The notes below the pieces were generated by a model. It was not told the origin of the DNA. It did no database searches and saw only the letters and a program-made list of their open reading frames with translations. Shown in pieces: positions 45,301 to 55,612 of a DNA stretch of 64,000 nucleotides. Made by a program: the position numbers and the translations under genes. Where the stretch lies: positions 17,177 through 81,176 of the forward strand of contig CBHYLN010000003.1 of assembly GCA_966128725.1 (NCBI GenBank). Reading direction: 5' to 3'. Positions within the stretch are counted from its first letter, which is position 1; each line of letters begins with the position of its first letter. This DNA is from an uncultured bacterium. GTDB lineage: Bacteria > Bacteroidota > Ignavibacteria > OLB7.

Positions 45301-47499
45301 ATGAACCGTATCCAGATCGCGGCAGTACTCCTGCTGCTTACCCTCCTGCTTCCTCGCGGCGCCCAGTCGCAACCACGCCGCGCAACCACGCCAACCAAGC
45401 CACCGGAACGGTCGGTCGCCATCGTCAACGGGCAGAAGGTCCCCTATCAGCGATACAGCGATCTGTACAAGGATCAACTGAGCTATCAGATGCGCATCGG
45501 CTCGGGCAGCACCGTGGACCAAGCCACCGACGATGCGTTGTTCCGGCAGTTGGTGGACGACGAACTGTTGCGCCAGGAGGCCGCGCGGTTGAAGATTGTT
45601 GTCACGCGCGACGCTGCCCTGAAGTATCTGCTGAGCAATCCGCCGGACTACCTTCGCGAGTTCTTCACCGATGAGAAGGGAGCGTTCCAGGCAGCAACGT
45701 ACCGCGATGTAATGCTGCATCCGGAGCTTGTGCGCAAGATGGTGCACTCGGGGCTGGACCCCAACACCGTGGTGACGCAGTGGAAGGCGGATATCGAGAA
45801 GGTGATCGTCTTTACGCAGACGCAGCTTACGCGCGAGAAGGTGACCGACGTGCTGATGGCCGAGAAGCCGCTCACCGCGTCGGTAATCCGCAACCGATAT
45901 TACGCCGAGCGCACGCAGTTCACCGGTTCGTTCATCCGTGTTCTGCACTCAACCATCCCCGACAGCCTGGTGCATATTACCGAGGCCGAGGCGCGGGCCT
46001 GGTACGATTCGCATCTGGAGGACTATCGTTTCGCAAGCGCACGGCAGATCGCGAATCTGATCATCCCGGTTGTGCCGCTTGCGGCGGACTCGGCGGTCCA
46101 GCGAGCGCGCATCGCCGCTGCACGCGACTCGATTGCCAACGCCCCGCTGCCGCAGCGCGCACGCATCGTAACGGGCATGCTGGGCTCCATGTTGCCGAAC
46201 CGCTTCCCGGCAACGCAGGCCATCAGTCTTGTGCTGGTTCCGCCGGTAGCGCGCGAGATGCTCGTTAAATCGAAACCGGGCGATCTGCTGGGGCCGGTGA
46301 AGCTGAACGATGAAGACGTCATGATCTTCGTGGACGATACCAGTACCATGCGCGACACCGTACTGCGCGCACGGCACGTGCTGGTGAAGGTTGCCGCCAA
46401 CGACACCGCGCAGGACCGGGAGACCCGCGAGCTGTTGACGGCGCTCAAGGAGAAGATCATTTCCGAGGAGCTGTTCCTGCAGGCGGTAAAGTTCTACAGC
46501 CAGGATGGGACAGCGCCGCAAGGCGGGGATCTTGGATACTTTGGTCGGGGCGGCATGGTGCAGGAGTTCGAGGACGCTGCCTTCAGCGGCCCGGTTGGGC
46601 AGTGCATCGGGCCTATCCGCACTCGTTTCGGTTATCATCTGATCTGGGTGAACGATCGCATCACAACGGGCTATCACCTGCGCGAGCTGCGATTCCCGTT
46701 CACCGCCTCCCCGGCGGCGCTGGAAGCCGCGCGCCACGACGCCATCGAGTACGCCACCGCGCTTCGCAACGGCACGGTTAACGACTCGATGTTCTTTGCT
46801 CTGAAGGGCAAATACCCGCGCACGATCGCCGACACATCCATCCTGCATCGAATGGACGTGTACGGCGATGGCATCGTTGCAGCCAACTTTGCATTCTCCT
46901 CGGAGACAGGCGATGTTGCCGTGCTTACGCTGCCGTACGATCGCGTAATGGTCTCCAAGCTGATCAACGGCTATCCAACCGGCGTGGCGCCATATGAGAA
47001 GATTCGCAGGAACTATGTGTACCCGCACGTGGCCCGCGCGAAGCAGATGGAGATGCTTCTGCCACGGGTGATGGCCCTGAAGGACACGATGACCGCCGAC
47101 ATGATGCTCGGCATCATTCGGTTGAAGGCGCCGTGGGCCGAGTCATTCATGGTGGAAAGCCAGCACCTGACATCCCCACCCGATGAGGACACAACGCTGA
47201 TCGATTCGCTGGTCCCGCTGACACCGGATAACGGCGTAACCGGGCCGGTTCGCGGCAAACATGGGTATTACTTCCTGCGTGTGATCCACAAGCAAATCGC
47301 GCCGACCGAGGCCGATTACGTTCGCGACCGTGAGGCCTTTACGGCCGAGTTTACCAAGCGTACGCGCGAACGCCGGCTGACCGAACTGATGGGTCGGCTT
47401 CGCGACTTCGCGGTGGTGGATGATTTACGCGCCGGCGCAACGCCAACAGGAGCAACAAGCCAGGGTGGAGGAGGCGGCGGGGCTGGTGGCCCACGCTAA
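45301..47499 (+). CDS. Periplasmic peptidyl-prolyl cis-trans isomerase (SurA/PpiD-like, PpiC-type).
   Basis: Signal peptide (MNRIQIAAVLLLLTLLLPRGAQS). PpiC/parvulin domain (…HVLVKV…GGDLGYFGRGGMVQEFEDAAFS…GYHLIWV…). Gly-rich C-terminus. ATG at 45301. Confidence 0.8.
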   Translation: MNRIQIAAVLLLLTLLLPRGAQSQPRRATTPTKPPERSVAIVNGQKVPYQRYSDLYKDQLSYQMRIGSGSTVDQATDDALFRQLVDDELLRQEAARLKIVVTRDAALKYLLSNPPDYLREFFTDEKGAFQAATYRDVMLHPELVRKMVHSGLDPNTVVTQWKADIEKVIVFTQTQLTREKVTDVLMAEKPLTASVIRNRYYAERTQFTGSFIRVLHSTIPDSLVHITEAEARAWYDSHLEDYRFASARQIANLIIPVVPLAADSAVQRARIAAARDSIANAPLPQRARIVTGMLGSMLPNRFPATQAISLVLVPPVAREMLVKSKPGDLLGPVKLNDEDVMIFVDDTSTMRDTVLRARHVLVKVAANDTAQDRETRELLTALKEKIISEELFLQAVKFYSQDGTAPQGGDLGYFGRGGMVQEFEDAAFSGPVGQCIGPIRTRFGYHLIWVNDRITTGYHLRELRFPFTASPAALEAARHDAIEYATALRNGTVNDSMFFALKGKYPRTIADTSILHRMDVYGDGIVAANFAFSSETGDVAVLTLPYDRVMVSKLINGYPTGVAPYEKIRRNYVYPHVARAKQMEMLLPRVMALKDTMTADMMLGIIRLKAPWAESFMVESQHLTSPPDEDTTLIDSLVPLTPDNGVTGPVRGKHGYYFLRVIHKQIAPTEADYVRDREAFTAEFTKRTRERRLTELMGRLRDFAVVDDLRAGATPTGATSQGGGGGGAGGPR

Positions 47500-47538
47500 C
47501 GGTATCAATGCCTGCATGCCAATCAACCGCGTAGACAT

Positions 47539-47587
47539 AACCGAGCCGCACCTGCCTTCGGCGCAGGTGCGGCTCGGTTGTTTTTTG
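47539..47587 (+). terminator. Strong Rho-independent terminator after the PPIase gene.
   Basis: 17-19-bp stem AACCGAGCCGCACCTGC / GCAGGTGCGGCTCGGTT with a UUCG-containing loop, followed by GTTTTTTGG. Confidence 0.7.
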
Positions 47588-47602
47588 GTATGCGTTGCGT
47601 GC

Positions 47603-50002
47603 CTACTGAACCACCACCATCGGGCAGCTCCAGCGCCCCCCGATTGCATCAACGGCCACAACGCGGTACACGCCCGCGGCAAGCGCGTCTCCCACCGGGA
47701 ACCGATGCTCGCCGGCAGGCATGGGACCATTGTGCAGCTCGGCAATCGTACGGCCCGCCGCATCCACCACCGACACCCGAAGTCGATCGAACCCATGCGG
47801 CAGGTTCAGCGCGATCACACCGGTTCTGCCAATCGGATTTGGAATCGCCCGCAGGTACATGCCGCCCGCAACCGAGCCGGCATCCACCGACGCATTGGCG
47901 TCAAAACCCAGCACATCGAAGTTGTCGATGCCGGCCATCACATATGCATTGCTCAACGTATCGCTTGCCCGATAACGGATGCGAACAATACCGTTGATCG
48001 GGATGTACGCCCCCACCTCGATGGAATCCCGCTTCCATCCCGGCCGCCCCTCGGTGTACGCGCGCACGGTTTGCCAGCTTGCTCCGTTGTCACCGGAAAG
48101 CTGCACAACCATGGTATCGCGAACGGTGTCGCGCTTGTAGTGCACAAACCAGTAATCGTACGCTATCCACGGGCTTGGATGGTCGTGCAGGTCCATCGGG
48201 GGCGACATGAGCGTGGTGTGCCCACCGTTGACATCTGAGTTCTGCGCCGGCGCGTCGCGCAATGGGGCGCCGGTCTGGAACACAAACCCCGTGGGATCGC
48301 CCGAGGGTTCGGTCGGCGGGAAAATCCAATCGGACCCGGTGAAGGCGTAATACGGCACAAGCCGTGTCCAACGGCCGGTTGAGGCATTGTCGTTCGGGTC
48401 CTCGAAGCTCCAGCCCAGATTCAGCGTTGCGTCGTCCTGATAACGCCGGGTAAGCGTTATCGTGGTATCCTGCGAACTGGCCGTCAGCCGCACCTGCACA
48501 CGCTCGATCGCATACCCCCACTTGCCTACAACAAGCGTAAAGACGGAGTCGCGCGGCAGCAGCAGCGTGCCCACGGCGCCGGCCGACGAACTGGAATGGA
48601 GGTACGGTTCAACGGCAAAGGAGAAATCCCGGATCTCATTGCCTTTGCGGTCGCGTGCGCGCACATGCAGGTTCAGCAGTTCCAATGGGTCCAACAGCAT
48701 GTCCTGCTGCTGATCGCCGTCGAGCGTGAACTGCTGAAGCTGGCCGGCATAACCGAATGGGCCAACGCGCAGGGTTCGCTTCGCACCGTTTGGCCCGCCG
48801 ACATAGAACCGCCCGTCGGCATCGGTCACGATGGTGCCTCCGGTTTCGCCAACGTTGATCGTTACGCCGGGCAGCGGATCGTTGGTAATCTTGTTGCGCA
48901 CCACGCCCGAGATTGAGCCCGCCGTTGCGTTGTTGAATTTCAGCACGTACAGCCCGGTTTGCCGATCGCTGGCGATCACCTTCCCGGAGGGGAAGAACCC
49001 GTACGCTTCCCACACGCCATTGTACCCGCCGGAGGAGCCCGGATATGTGTCGTAGCGCGCCACCTCGCGCGGATGCCGGGGGTCGATCATGTCGATGATG
49101 CGAACGCCGGCCGTGTACCATGCGGCAATCACGTATCGGCCACGCACGTGCACGTTGTGCACGATATCGTTCTGGTTGGGCGTGAACTCCGCAACCTTGG
49201 AGATGTTCTCCAGATCGTGAATGTCCCACACCTTCATTGTCTTCGGCGTCGCGCCAATCTCGTCGCTGGTAACCACGTATCCGCCATCGGACGTGATTTC
49301 GGCGTTATGTGTCCCACTGAACGGATACGCGATATTGGCAAGCCGCTTTGGATGCTCGCGATCGCTTACATCGTAGATATCGCAGCCGGGGCCGTTGATG
49401 GCCGCGCCCAGCAGGGTATCGTTGCGCTCCCATGCATCGTGGTAGTAATACGGATTCACCATGCCCAGACGCCTGGGCTGCAGCGGGTCCGGCTCCAGAT
49501 CGTAGATGATCGCCCCACCGTTGGCGCCGGCATCTGCCTGCGTGCCCATCACATACAGGTAGTGCTTGTTGATGAACACCGTATGCGCGCGGTTGAACAA
49601 CGCCGAATCGGTACGCACAAGCGTAGCCGTAACCGGCAGCGCGGCAAGGTCCACAATCTGCAGCCCCTTGCCCGGATCAACGGACTCGGTAACGATGTAG
49701 GCGTAATGGCCATACACCTTCATCTCGCGCCACACGCTGCGCGGACCCGGGATAAACGCCACCTGCCGGATTGGTGTGGCGGTGATGTCGATAATGTGCG
49801 TGCCGATCTGGCTGCCGAACAACGCGTACTCACGCCCGTCGGGCGCTACATACCCCCACAGGGCCGAGTTCGGCCCCAGCGAGTCGGTATTAACCGGGTT
49901 CAGCCGATCAATGAACTCCAGATTCAGCGGCTCATCGTTCTGCGCGTTCAGCGTTACGCAGGCCGCCATCAGCAGCATCGGTATCAGTAAACGATATCTC
50001 AT
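47603..50002 (-). CDS. LVIVD-repeat / beta-propeller protein with carboxypeptidase-regulatory-like domain and T9SS C-terminal sorting domain.
   Basis: Signal peptide. LVIVD-type repeats (…GLQIVDLA…, …VRIIDMIDP…). C-terminal Por_Secre_tail (…AIPNPIGRTGVIALNLPHGFDRLRVSVVDAAGRTIAEL…GVYRVVAVDA…). Confidence 0.8.
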   Translation of the reverse strand: MRYRLLIPMLLMAACVTLNAQNDEPLNLEFIDRLNPVNTDSLGPNSALWGYVAPDGREYALFGSQIGTHIIDITATPIRQVAFIPGPRSVWREMKVYGHYAYIVTESVDPGKGLQIVDLAALPVTATLVRTDSALFNRAHTVFINKHYLYVMGTQADAGANGGAIIYDLEPDPLQPRRLGMVNPYYYHDAWERNDTLLGAAINGPGCDIYDVSDREHPKRLANIAYPFSGTHNAEITSDGGYVVTSDEIGATPKTMKVWDIHDLENISKVAEFTPNQNDIVHNVHVRGRYVIAAWYTAGVRIIDMIDPRHPREVARYDTYPGSSGGYNGVWEAYGFFPSGKVIASDRQTGLYVLKFNNATAGSISGVVRNKITNDPLPGVTINVGETGGTIVTDADGRFYVGGPNGAKRTLRVGPFGYAGQLQQFTLDGDQQQDMLLDPLELLNLHVRARDRKGNEIRDFSFAVEPYLHSSSSAGAVGTLLLPRDSVFTLVVGKWGYAIERVQVRLTASSQDTTITLTRRYQDDATLNLGWSFEDPNDNASTGRWTRLVPYYAFTGSDWIFPPTEPSGDPTGFVFQTGAPLRDAPAQNSDVNGGHTTLMSPPMDLHDHPSPWIAYDYWFVHYKRDTVRDTMVVQLSGDNGASWQTVRAYTEGRPGWKRDSIEVGAYIPINGIVRIRYRASDTLSNAYVMAGIDNFDVLGFDANASVDAGSVAGGMYLRAIPNPIGRTGVIALNLPHGFDRLRVSVVDAAGRTIAELHNGPMPAGEHRFPVGDALAAGVYRVVAVDAIGGRWSCPMVVVQ

Positions 50003-50083
50003 TCGTGCTTCCTTGGATCATGCTCTCCGAGTCTCCGAAACCTTGGTCGGCGGCCCAACGAGGCACGCCCCAACGAACCGCCA

Positions 50084-51544
50084 CTATCCCCCAATCGCCA
50101 TACCAGCCGCGAAGGCGCCAACTTCGATCTGGCGCGTGATCTGCCGGGTGGCAACATCCACCACGTACACCTGCCCGGGATTATGCGGGCTTCCGATGGT
50201 TGGATGATGCTCACCGCCGGTCTGGTTTTCACAGCTTACAAAAGCCTTCTTTCCGTCGGCGCTGAAGATCACCCCGTGCGGTTGCGTCTTGAAGTCCGCC
50301 AACGTGGCGATCACACTGTGCGTGGCAACGTCGATAACCGACACCGAGTTGTCGCCCTGGTTCGGTATCCAGGCCTGGCGGCGGTCGGGCGTCATGCCCA
50401 GGATCAGCGGCGTTTTGCCGACGATGATGCTGTCGATAACGGCGCCGGATGCAAGGTCCACAACCCGCACCTGCGACGCGGCACGGCAGGTTACCCACAG
50501 TTGTTTGCCATCGGCCGAAAGCTCGGCCTGATATGGCTCGAACCTGGGCTTCTCGCCGGGCGCCAGCGGCTGGCCGGGCGAAATATTGATGCGGCGCGTA
50601 ACCTCCAGAGTCTGGGTGTTCACCTCGCTGATGTCGTCGCCGTTCGGGTTCATCGTATAGATGAACTGCTCATCGGCGCTCAACGTAAGGCCATGCGGCG
50701 CGGCGCCAACATCGAACAACGTATCAGTGACACGCATCTGGGCCGCATCAACACGCAGGATAAAACGTTGCTGGCCGGTGCGGTCGAAATTCGACACATA
50801 GAACCGCGAGCCATCGTGCGTGCACACAATCTGTGCCGGCGAAAGCCCAACCCGCACACTCCCCAGCTTCTCGAATGTGCGCGCATCGTACTTCTCCACC
50901 ACGCCGCCAACAATCAGATTCACATACAGGAAACGCTTGTCGGGCGACAGCACCGCATTGTGGGGCGCTTCCGGGGCACCGCCCTGAAGCGTGCCAACAG
51001 GTATGTATCGCATCAGATGCTCGGAGGCCAGATCGATTACCGAGATCAGGTCATCGGTCTGCGCTGTCACGAACAGTCGTGGCCTGGATTGATCGGCCAG
51101 ATATACCTGGCCTGCATCGTTCCTGGCGCCCTCATCGATCCACCGCTTGATCGTCATGATCTGCTCCTTCGGCAGCGAAAACCGCCCAAGCGGCATTGCC
51201 GGCGTGGATATCGGAGCAATCAGCGTATCAACATTGATGTGCTGGAACAGGTGGCTTTTGGCGGCATTGTAGGGCACAACTTCCGCTCCGTACTCCGGTG
51301 TGCCCGCCATCACATTCTCCCACGAATCCAGATACAGACTCTGAATGTTGTCGTGGTTCATGTGGCATCCGGAGCCGGCGCAGCCGTTGGCGAAAATCGG
51401 CTGGATATGCTTGGAATACAGGATCGCCTCGGTCGAATCCGGTATCACAATCGGCGGTGGGCCGGTGGGATCCTCGGTACATCCGGTAACAACGCAGCAC
51501 AGCACAAGTGCCGCAGCCAAGCCAATGCAGTGTACTCTTCTCAT
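50084..51544 (-). CDS. YVTN-family beta-propeller repeat lipoprotein.
   Basis: Lipoprotein signal (MRRVHCIGLAAALVLCCVVTGC). Repeated …FYVSN/…AYVTN-like propeller blades. ATG at 51544; alternative ATG at 51574. Confidence 0.75.
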   Translation of the reverse strand: MRRVHCIGLAAALVLCCVVTGCTEDPTGPPPIVIPDSTEAILYSKHIQPIFANGCAGSGCHMNHDNIQSLYLDSWENVMAGTPEYGAEVVPYNAAKSHLFQHINVDTLIAPISTPAMPLGRFSLPKEQIMTIKRWIDEGARNDAGQVYLADQSRPRLFVTAQTDDLISVIDLASEHLMRYIPVGTLQGGAPEAPHNAVLSPDKRFLYVNLIVGGVVEKYDARTFEKLGSVRVGLSPAQIVCTHDGSRFYVSNFDRTGQQRFILRVDAAQMRVTDTLFDVGAAPHGLTLSADEQFIYTMNPNGDDISEVNTQTLEVTRRINISPGQPLAPGEKPRFEPYQAELSADGKQLWVTCRAASQVRVVDLASGAVIDSIIVGKTPLILGMTPDRRQAWIPNQGDNSVSVIDVATHSVIATLADFKTQPHGVIFSADGKKAFVSCENQTGGEHHPTIGSPHNPGQVYVVDVATRQITRQIEVGAFAAGMAIGG

Positions 51545-51780
51545 GAGCGTAATTCGGGGGAAGGAACTCGACATATCTCTTTGAGTAGGAGAAGAGAACG
51601 GTCGCACGAAAAAAGATGCTTCGAAATCGGCGATCGGGCAAGCCGGAATTTGCTCACCAACCCCTTGGGAACCGTGCAAAACGGTCGCGCCACCCCACGA
51701 TTCGGCATGGGATGGCACGATTAATGAAACGGACGGACGTTGCAGCGAACCACGATCCGGATGGCCGGGCCTGCTGCATC

Positions 51781-53772
51781 CTACTTGTTGATCGTTGTTT
51801 CCACCACCACGTTCACAACACGGCAATAGAAGCGCCCTTCGGGCAGATCGTTATCGTACAACAACACCGATTCGCCCAGCCCTTCGTAGGTAGCACCAGG
51901 ATAGTTCAGCGCCCGCTGGGTTGAACGTGCCCGCTCCTCCGAAAGGCGCTGATTGATGCCGGCATCGCCGGCACGATCGGTGTGGCCGGTTACCGCCACC
52001 TTCGCCCCCGGCGCAATGCGCTGGCGGATGAAGTCCACGATCCGCCGGTTGGCGTCGCTTATCTCCGAACGACCGTATTCAAACAGAATCAGGCTGTACT
52101 TATCGATCTGCTTGTCGGCCATGCCGCGGTCACGCTTCTCCTTCACCGTCAACTGCTCCACATTAAACGTGCCAAGCGGCGTCACGACATTCTGATGGGC
52201 AAGGTCGGTAACCTCCAGGCGGTACTCCACCGGCGAGTTGCCGCGCGGTATCGATGCGCGGTCGGCTTCGATATCCCACTCGATCACCGGCGGCGGATTG
52301 CCAACACCCGTGAAGGTTTTCAGCTCGCGCCCGCCCTGCGTGGCCACCACGCGCCAGGAGTCCACGCCGGCAACCGAGGATACACTGGGCACGAAGCGCA
52401 CGGCACCGGGTTCGGTCACCAGCACGGTATCGATCGTAAACACCGGATCAAGAATTTCCGGCACGCTGGAGCGCAGCTCCACACGGCGATTCTCGGCCAT
52501 GCCATCGGGGCTGGACGAGGAAGACGGCTTCTCCGGGAGGTTGCGAGCGTCCACGGTGATGCGCCCCTCCTCGATGTTCCAGACATCGCGCAGATAGTTG
52601 CGCACATCCTCGGCACGCGTGCGGGCAAGGTCCTTGCGCCCCTTCTCCGCGCCCTGGTCGGAGTTGCACCCCGTTAACGACAGCGTCGCGGTTGGATTCT
52701 GCCGCATGCGCCAGCCAACCACGTTCAACAGGTTGTAGTAGGTGGGCAGCACATCAAGATTCTGAAGCGAGCCAAGATTGAAACGCGAAACCTGCGCCGG
52801 CGCCAGGCGCGTGTAGCGCGCGGGCATCGTGCCAACACCTTCGTCGAAGAACACGTAGTTCAGCAATGGCCGGAGCTGCGGCGAAACGAACTCCTCCACG
52901 CGCATCGAGGCCATCGAGCCTTCGTTCCGGAACGAATCGAGCTTGGAGGCGGTGATCGAGGCGCTCAGGTCCGGATTGATCCCGAACGTATCGCTTGGAT
53001 CGTTCCTGCCGACATCGAAACGGAAGGATGCCCCCACGCGCAACGCCGACATGGTCCAACTGGTATCGGTCATCACGTTCGACAGCCCGATCCGATAGGA
53101 GATCTCGGGCGTCACGCTCAGCTTTTTGGAGAGAGGGAACTCGTAGCCCACGCCGGCCAGCACCGCGCTGTGCGTCGAGGCCGCGCCCGGGATCTCGCCG
53201 GTGGACCGGTTCCGCACCAATCCTCCGTAGAACCGCACGTTGGTTGGCGACACGATGGTCTCCTTCTGCTCGTAATCGCTTGTGGTCACGATGCCGAACT
53301 GCATGCCGAGGCTGATGCTCAGCGGAATGGTGAACGGACGCAGCACAAGCTGGGGCTCGAGGTCGATCATGCCAAGGGTTGGCTCAATCGTGTGCTCGGT
53401 AAGCGCCTGTACCACCTGCCCGTTATCCAACGCATTGCCGATGTATTCCTGAGTGGCAAACGTCGCTTTCGACGACGACGTGCCCACGCGAAGCTGCACG
53501 GCCAGCAATGGGAACAAACGGTATTCGCCAAACACGCCAAGAGCAAAGCCCGAGCCCGAACCGCCGTCGAAGCCGGGTGCGCAGGTTGGGACACCGGGAA
53601 TTCCCGGGATCGTGGTTGCGTGCCATACCCCCTGAAACGCTCCGTACGCCCCAACGCTCAGATAGCTGCTGTCCACTTCCATCTGCGCGAGCAACGTGCT
53701 TGATGGCAACGCAGCGCAAAACAGCACGGCGATCGCAAGGCCGAGGATCGATCGGTAACAGTACTTCATCAC
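51781..53772 (-). CDS. OmpA-family outer-membrane protein (beta-barrel plus C-terminal OmpA peptidoglycan-binding domain).
   Basis: Signal peptide. C-terminal OmpA-like domain (…VAVTGHTDRAGDAGINQRLSEERARSTQRAL…). It lies 10 nt downstream of the preceding T9SS cargo gene. Confidence 0.8.
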   Translation of the reverse strand: MMKYCYRSILGLAIAVLFCAALPSSTLLAQMEVDSSYLSVGAYGAFQGVWHATTIPGIPGVPTCAPGFDGGSGSGFALGVFGEYRLFPLLAVQLRVGTSSSKATFATQEYIGNALDNGQVVQALTEHTIEPTLGMIDLEPQLVLRPFTIPLSISLGMQFGIVTTSDYEQKETIVSPTNVRFYGGLVRNRSTGEIPGAASTHSAVLAGVGYEFPLSKKLSVTPEISYRIGLSNVMTDTSWTMSALRVGASFRFDVGRNDPSDTFGINPDLSASITASKLDSFRNEGSMASMRVEEFVSPQLRPLLNYVFFDEGVGTMPARYTRLAPAQVSRFNLGSLQNLDVLPTYYNLLNVVGWRMRQNPTATLSLTGCNSDQGAEKGRKDLARTRAEDVRNYLRDVWNIEEGRITVDARNLPEKPSSSSSPDGMAENRRVELRSSVPEILDPVFTIDTVLVTEPGAVRFVPSVSSVAGVDSWRVVATQGGRELKTFTGVGNPPPVIEWDIEADRASIPRGNSPVEYRLEVTDLAHQNVVTPLGTFNVEQLTVKEKRDRGMADKQIDKYSLILFEYGRSEISDANRRIVDFIRQRIAPGAKVAVTGHTDRAGDAGINQRLSEERARSTQRALNYPGATYEGLGESVLLYDNDLPEGRFYCRVVNVVVETTINK

Positions 53773-53781
53773 GGACCCCGG

Positions 53782-54609
53782 CTAGTGAATAATGACAAGC
53801 GTCTGCGCGTCGCTGCGGAGCGGCGAGCGGAGAACCACCCGATACAGGCCGTTCGGCAGTTCGCGCGGCAGCGTAATTGTGCGCGCCATATCCACAAGGC
53901 GGGTGCCCACCGGGCGCCACATCGTTGAGTAGACACGGGCACCGTCGGTGCCGAAAATCTCAAGGAAGGTGTCCTCCTCCTCGATCGTGGTCACGTTCAC
54001 CGTTACCTGGCCGCTGGCCGGATTGGGCGCGATCTTGTTGATGCGCAGGCCGTTGGTGTACAGCAGAAGCCGGTCGCTGCCCTGTTCGCAGAAGCCCGGG
54101 ATATCGAAAATGCTTCCCCGCCGTACCGAGTCGGTAACCGGAGCACCACCGCAGGTCACGGCCAGATTGAAGTCGGTTGACTGCTCCGAGCCCACCATCA
54201 TATCACCAACAAGCTCGGTTACCACACCCTGCTGAACCGCGGAACTGCCGTTCATATCGATGTCAACGGTCACGATGTTCCCATTAACCGTGCGGCCGGT
54301 GATGGTACCACGTGTAACCGAGCGAGCAAAGAAGAGCGTGCCGTTGTAGCTGATGGAAAGGCGAAGCGTGGATGGGTCGCACACAGGCTGCGAGAGCGGG
54401 TTGGCCAGATACACCGGCATGTGGAAGTCGCGCATGTGCGGATCAACAATCGTATCCGGCATGAAGTAGATCACGCCAGGCGCGGCGGCCAGGCGGCCAC
54501 CCGAGCCCTGAGCATATGTGCTCGGCGACCAGAGCAACATTGCCAGGCCAGCAAGCAAGGCGATCCACCCGATTCCACGATATCGCGTAACAGTAGTGAA
54601 CGTGTTCAT
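53782..54609 (-). CDS. Secreted protein with T9SS C-terminal sorting domain.
   Basis: Signal peptide (MNTFTTVTRYRGIGWIALLAGLAMLLWSPSTYAQG). C-terminal Por_Secre_tail (…KIAPNPASGQVTVNV…GLYRVVLRS…). ATG at 54609. Confidence 0.7.
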   Translation of the reverse strand: MNTFTTVTRYRGIGWIALLAGLAMLLWSPSTYAQGSGGRLAAAPGVIYFMPDTIVDPHMRDFHMPVYLANPLSQPVCDPSTLRLSISYNGTLFFARSVTRGTITGRTVNGNIVTVDIDMNGSSAVQQGVVTELVGDMMVGSEQSTDFNLAVTCGGAPVTDSVRRGSIFDIPGFCEQGSDRLLLYTNGLRINKIAPNPASGQVTVNVTTIEEEDTFLEIFGTDGARVYSTMWRPVGTRLVDMARTITLPRELPNGLYRVVLRSPLRSDAQTLVIIH

Positions 54610-54956
54610 AGGCCTCGGAACGGATTTGCTGAAAGTGCGCAGCAAGGAACCATGGCAGCGCGCGGGCTCCGCATACGTTCGATGATGATTGTCTGAGGAG
54701 GGCATATTGGCCCGGACCGCCAAATGCACCGGTCCAATGTAGTGAACAGCCGATGGGCGCGCAACTCGACAGGTCGCCATACGATTACGGCTTCGGACCG
54801 AATTCCGAATGCGCCGGCGGGAATGGCCCGGAGAGGGCGTGGTCGGCGCTGTAAGGAGCAAGGCCAACCAAGGGCTCGCGTTCAGCAAGATGGGCTCGCC
54901 GTGGAAGCGTGCCGCGTGGGTTTGATACCGAGAGGGTCGCTTGCTACTCGCGCGTG

Positions 54957-55523
54957 TTACTTGCGCTTCTCGCTGGCCAATCGCTCGGAAAGTTCCTTCA
55001 TGAAGACACTTCGCGCACTTTCGCGAACCTCGGGCTCAACCGCATCGGTAAACGAAACGCCCATGATCGAGCTTGCCAGATACGCGGCGAGATCACCAAC
55101 ACAGTACTTGCGCTCACGATTGGTTGGCGCGTCGGGCCCGAGAAACGTCAGAAGGGCAGGATCGTCCATTTCCTTGAGAAGGTACGGAAGGGCTGCATCA
55201 CCAAAGCGGGTGAGCGTGGTTCCGAATTTCCCAAGGTGATGCCCGGGCAGCGCCCACCAGTTGTGCATGAACGCACCGGAGATCGCCTCGCAGTAAATGC
55301 GCACCATGCGTGGATCGGGATTACGACCCAGCATTACCAGCAGCTCGTGCGCCAAGACACGCAGGCGATGATCGCTCCGCTCGGACTTCGCGATCTTCTC
55401 CAAATCCTCCTGGGCTTTCGGGCGTGCTATCAGTCGATCAGCCTCGCCACGCTGGAACAATGCTTCCACCGAAGTGCTCTGAAGCTCTTCTCGCATTGTG
55501 CCTAAGCCGGTTACCGCCATCAT
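54957..55523 (-). CDS. Hypothetical protein (HEAT/ARM-like helical repeats).
   Basis: 188 aa, charged and helical, with repeated LP-x-LL motifs. Preferred over the overlapping antisense ORF 54909..55505. Confidence 0.5.
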   Translation of the reverse strand: MMAVTGLGTMREELQSTSVEALFQRGEADRLIARPKAQEDLEKIAKSERSDHRLRVLAHELLVMLGRNPDPRMVRIYCEAISGAFMHNWWALPGHHLGKFGTTLTRFGDAALPYLLKEMDDPALLTFLGPDAPTNRERKYCVGDLAAYLASSIMGVSFTDAVEPEVRESARSVFMKELSERLASEKRK

Positions 55524-55612
55524 GTTCCTCCTGCGATTGCTCGATTAATGAAAAAGAATCTACTACCAAAAATCATCCATTTCAAAGCCCAACACCGAAG
55601 TTTCACGATATC

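Noticed and set aside
50183-51724. 513-aa plus-strand ORF. Similar antisense ORFs occur at 18272-20059, 30163-32115, 32189-33160, 45949-47028, 48959-49990 and 60881-62662.
   Set aside because: Each lies antisense to a gene with clear signal peptides or family motifs. Translations are dominated by Arg/Gly/His/Ala runs.
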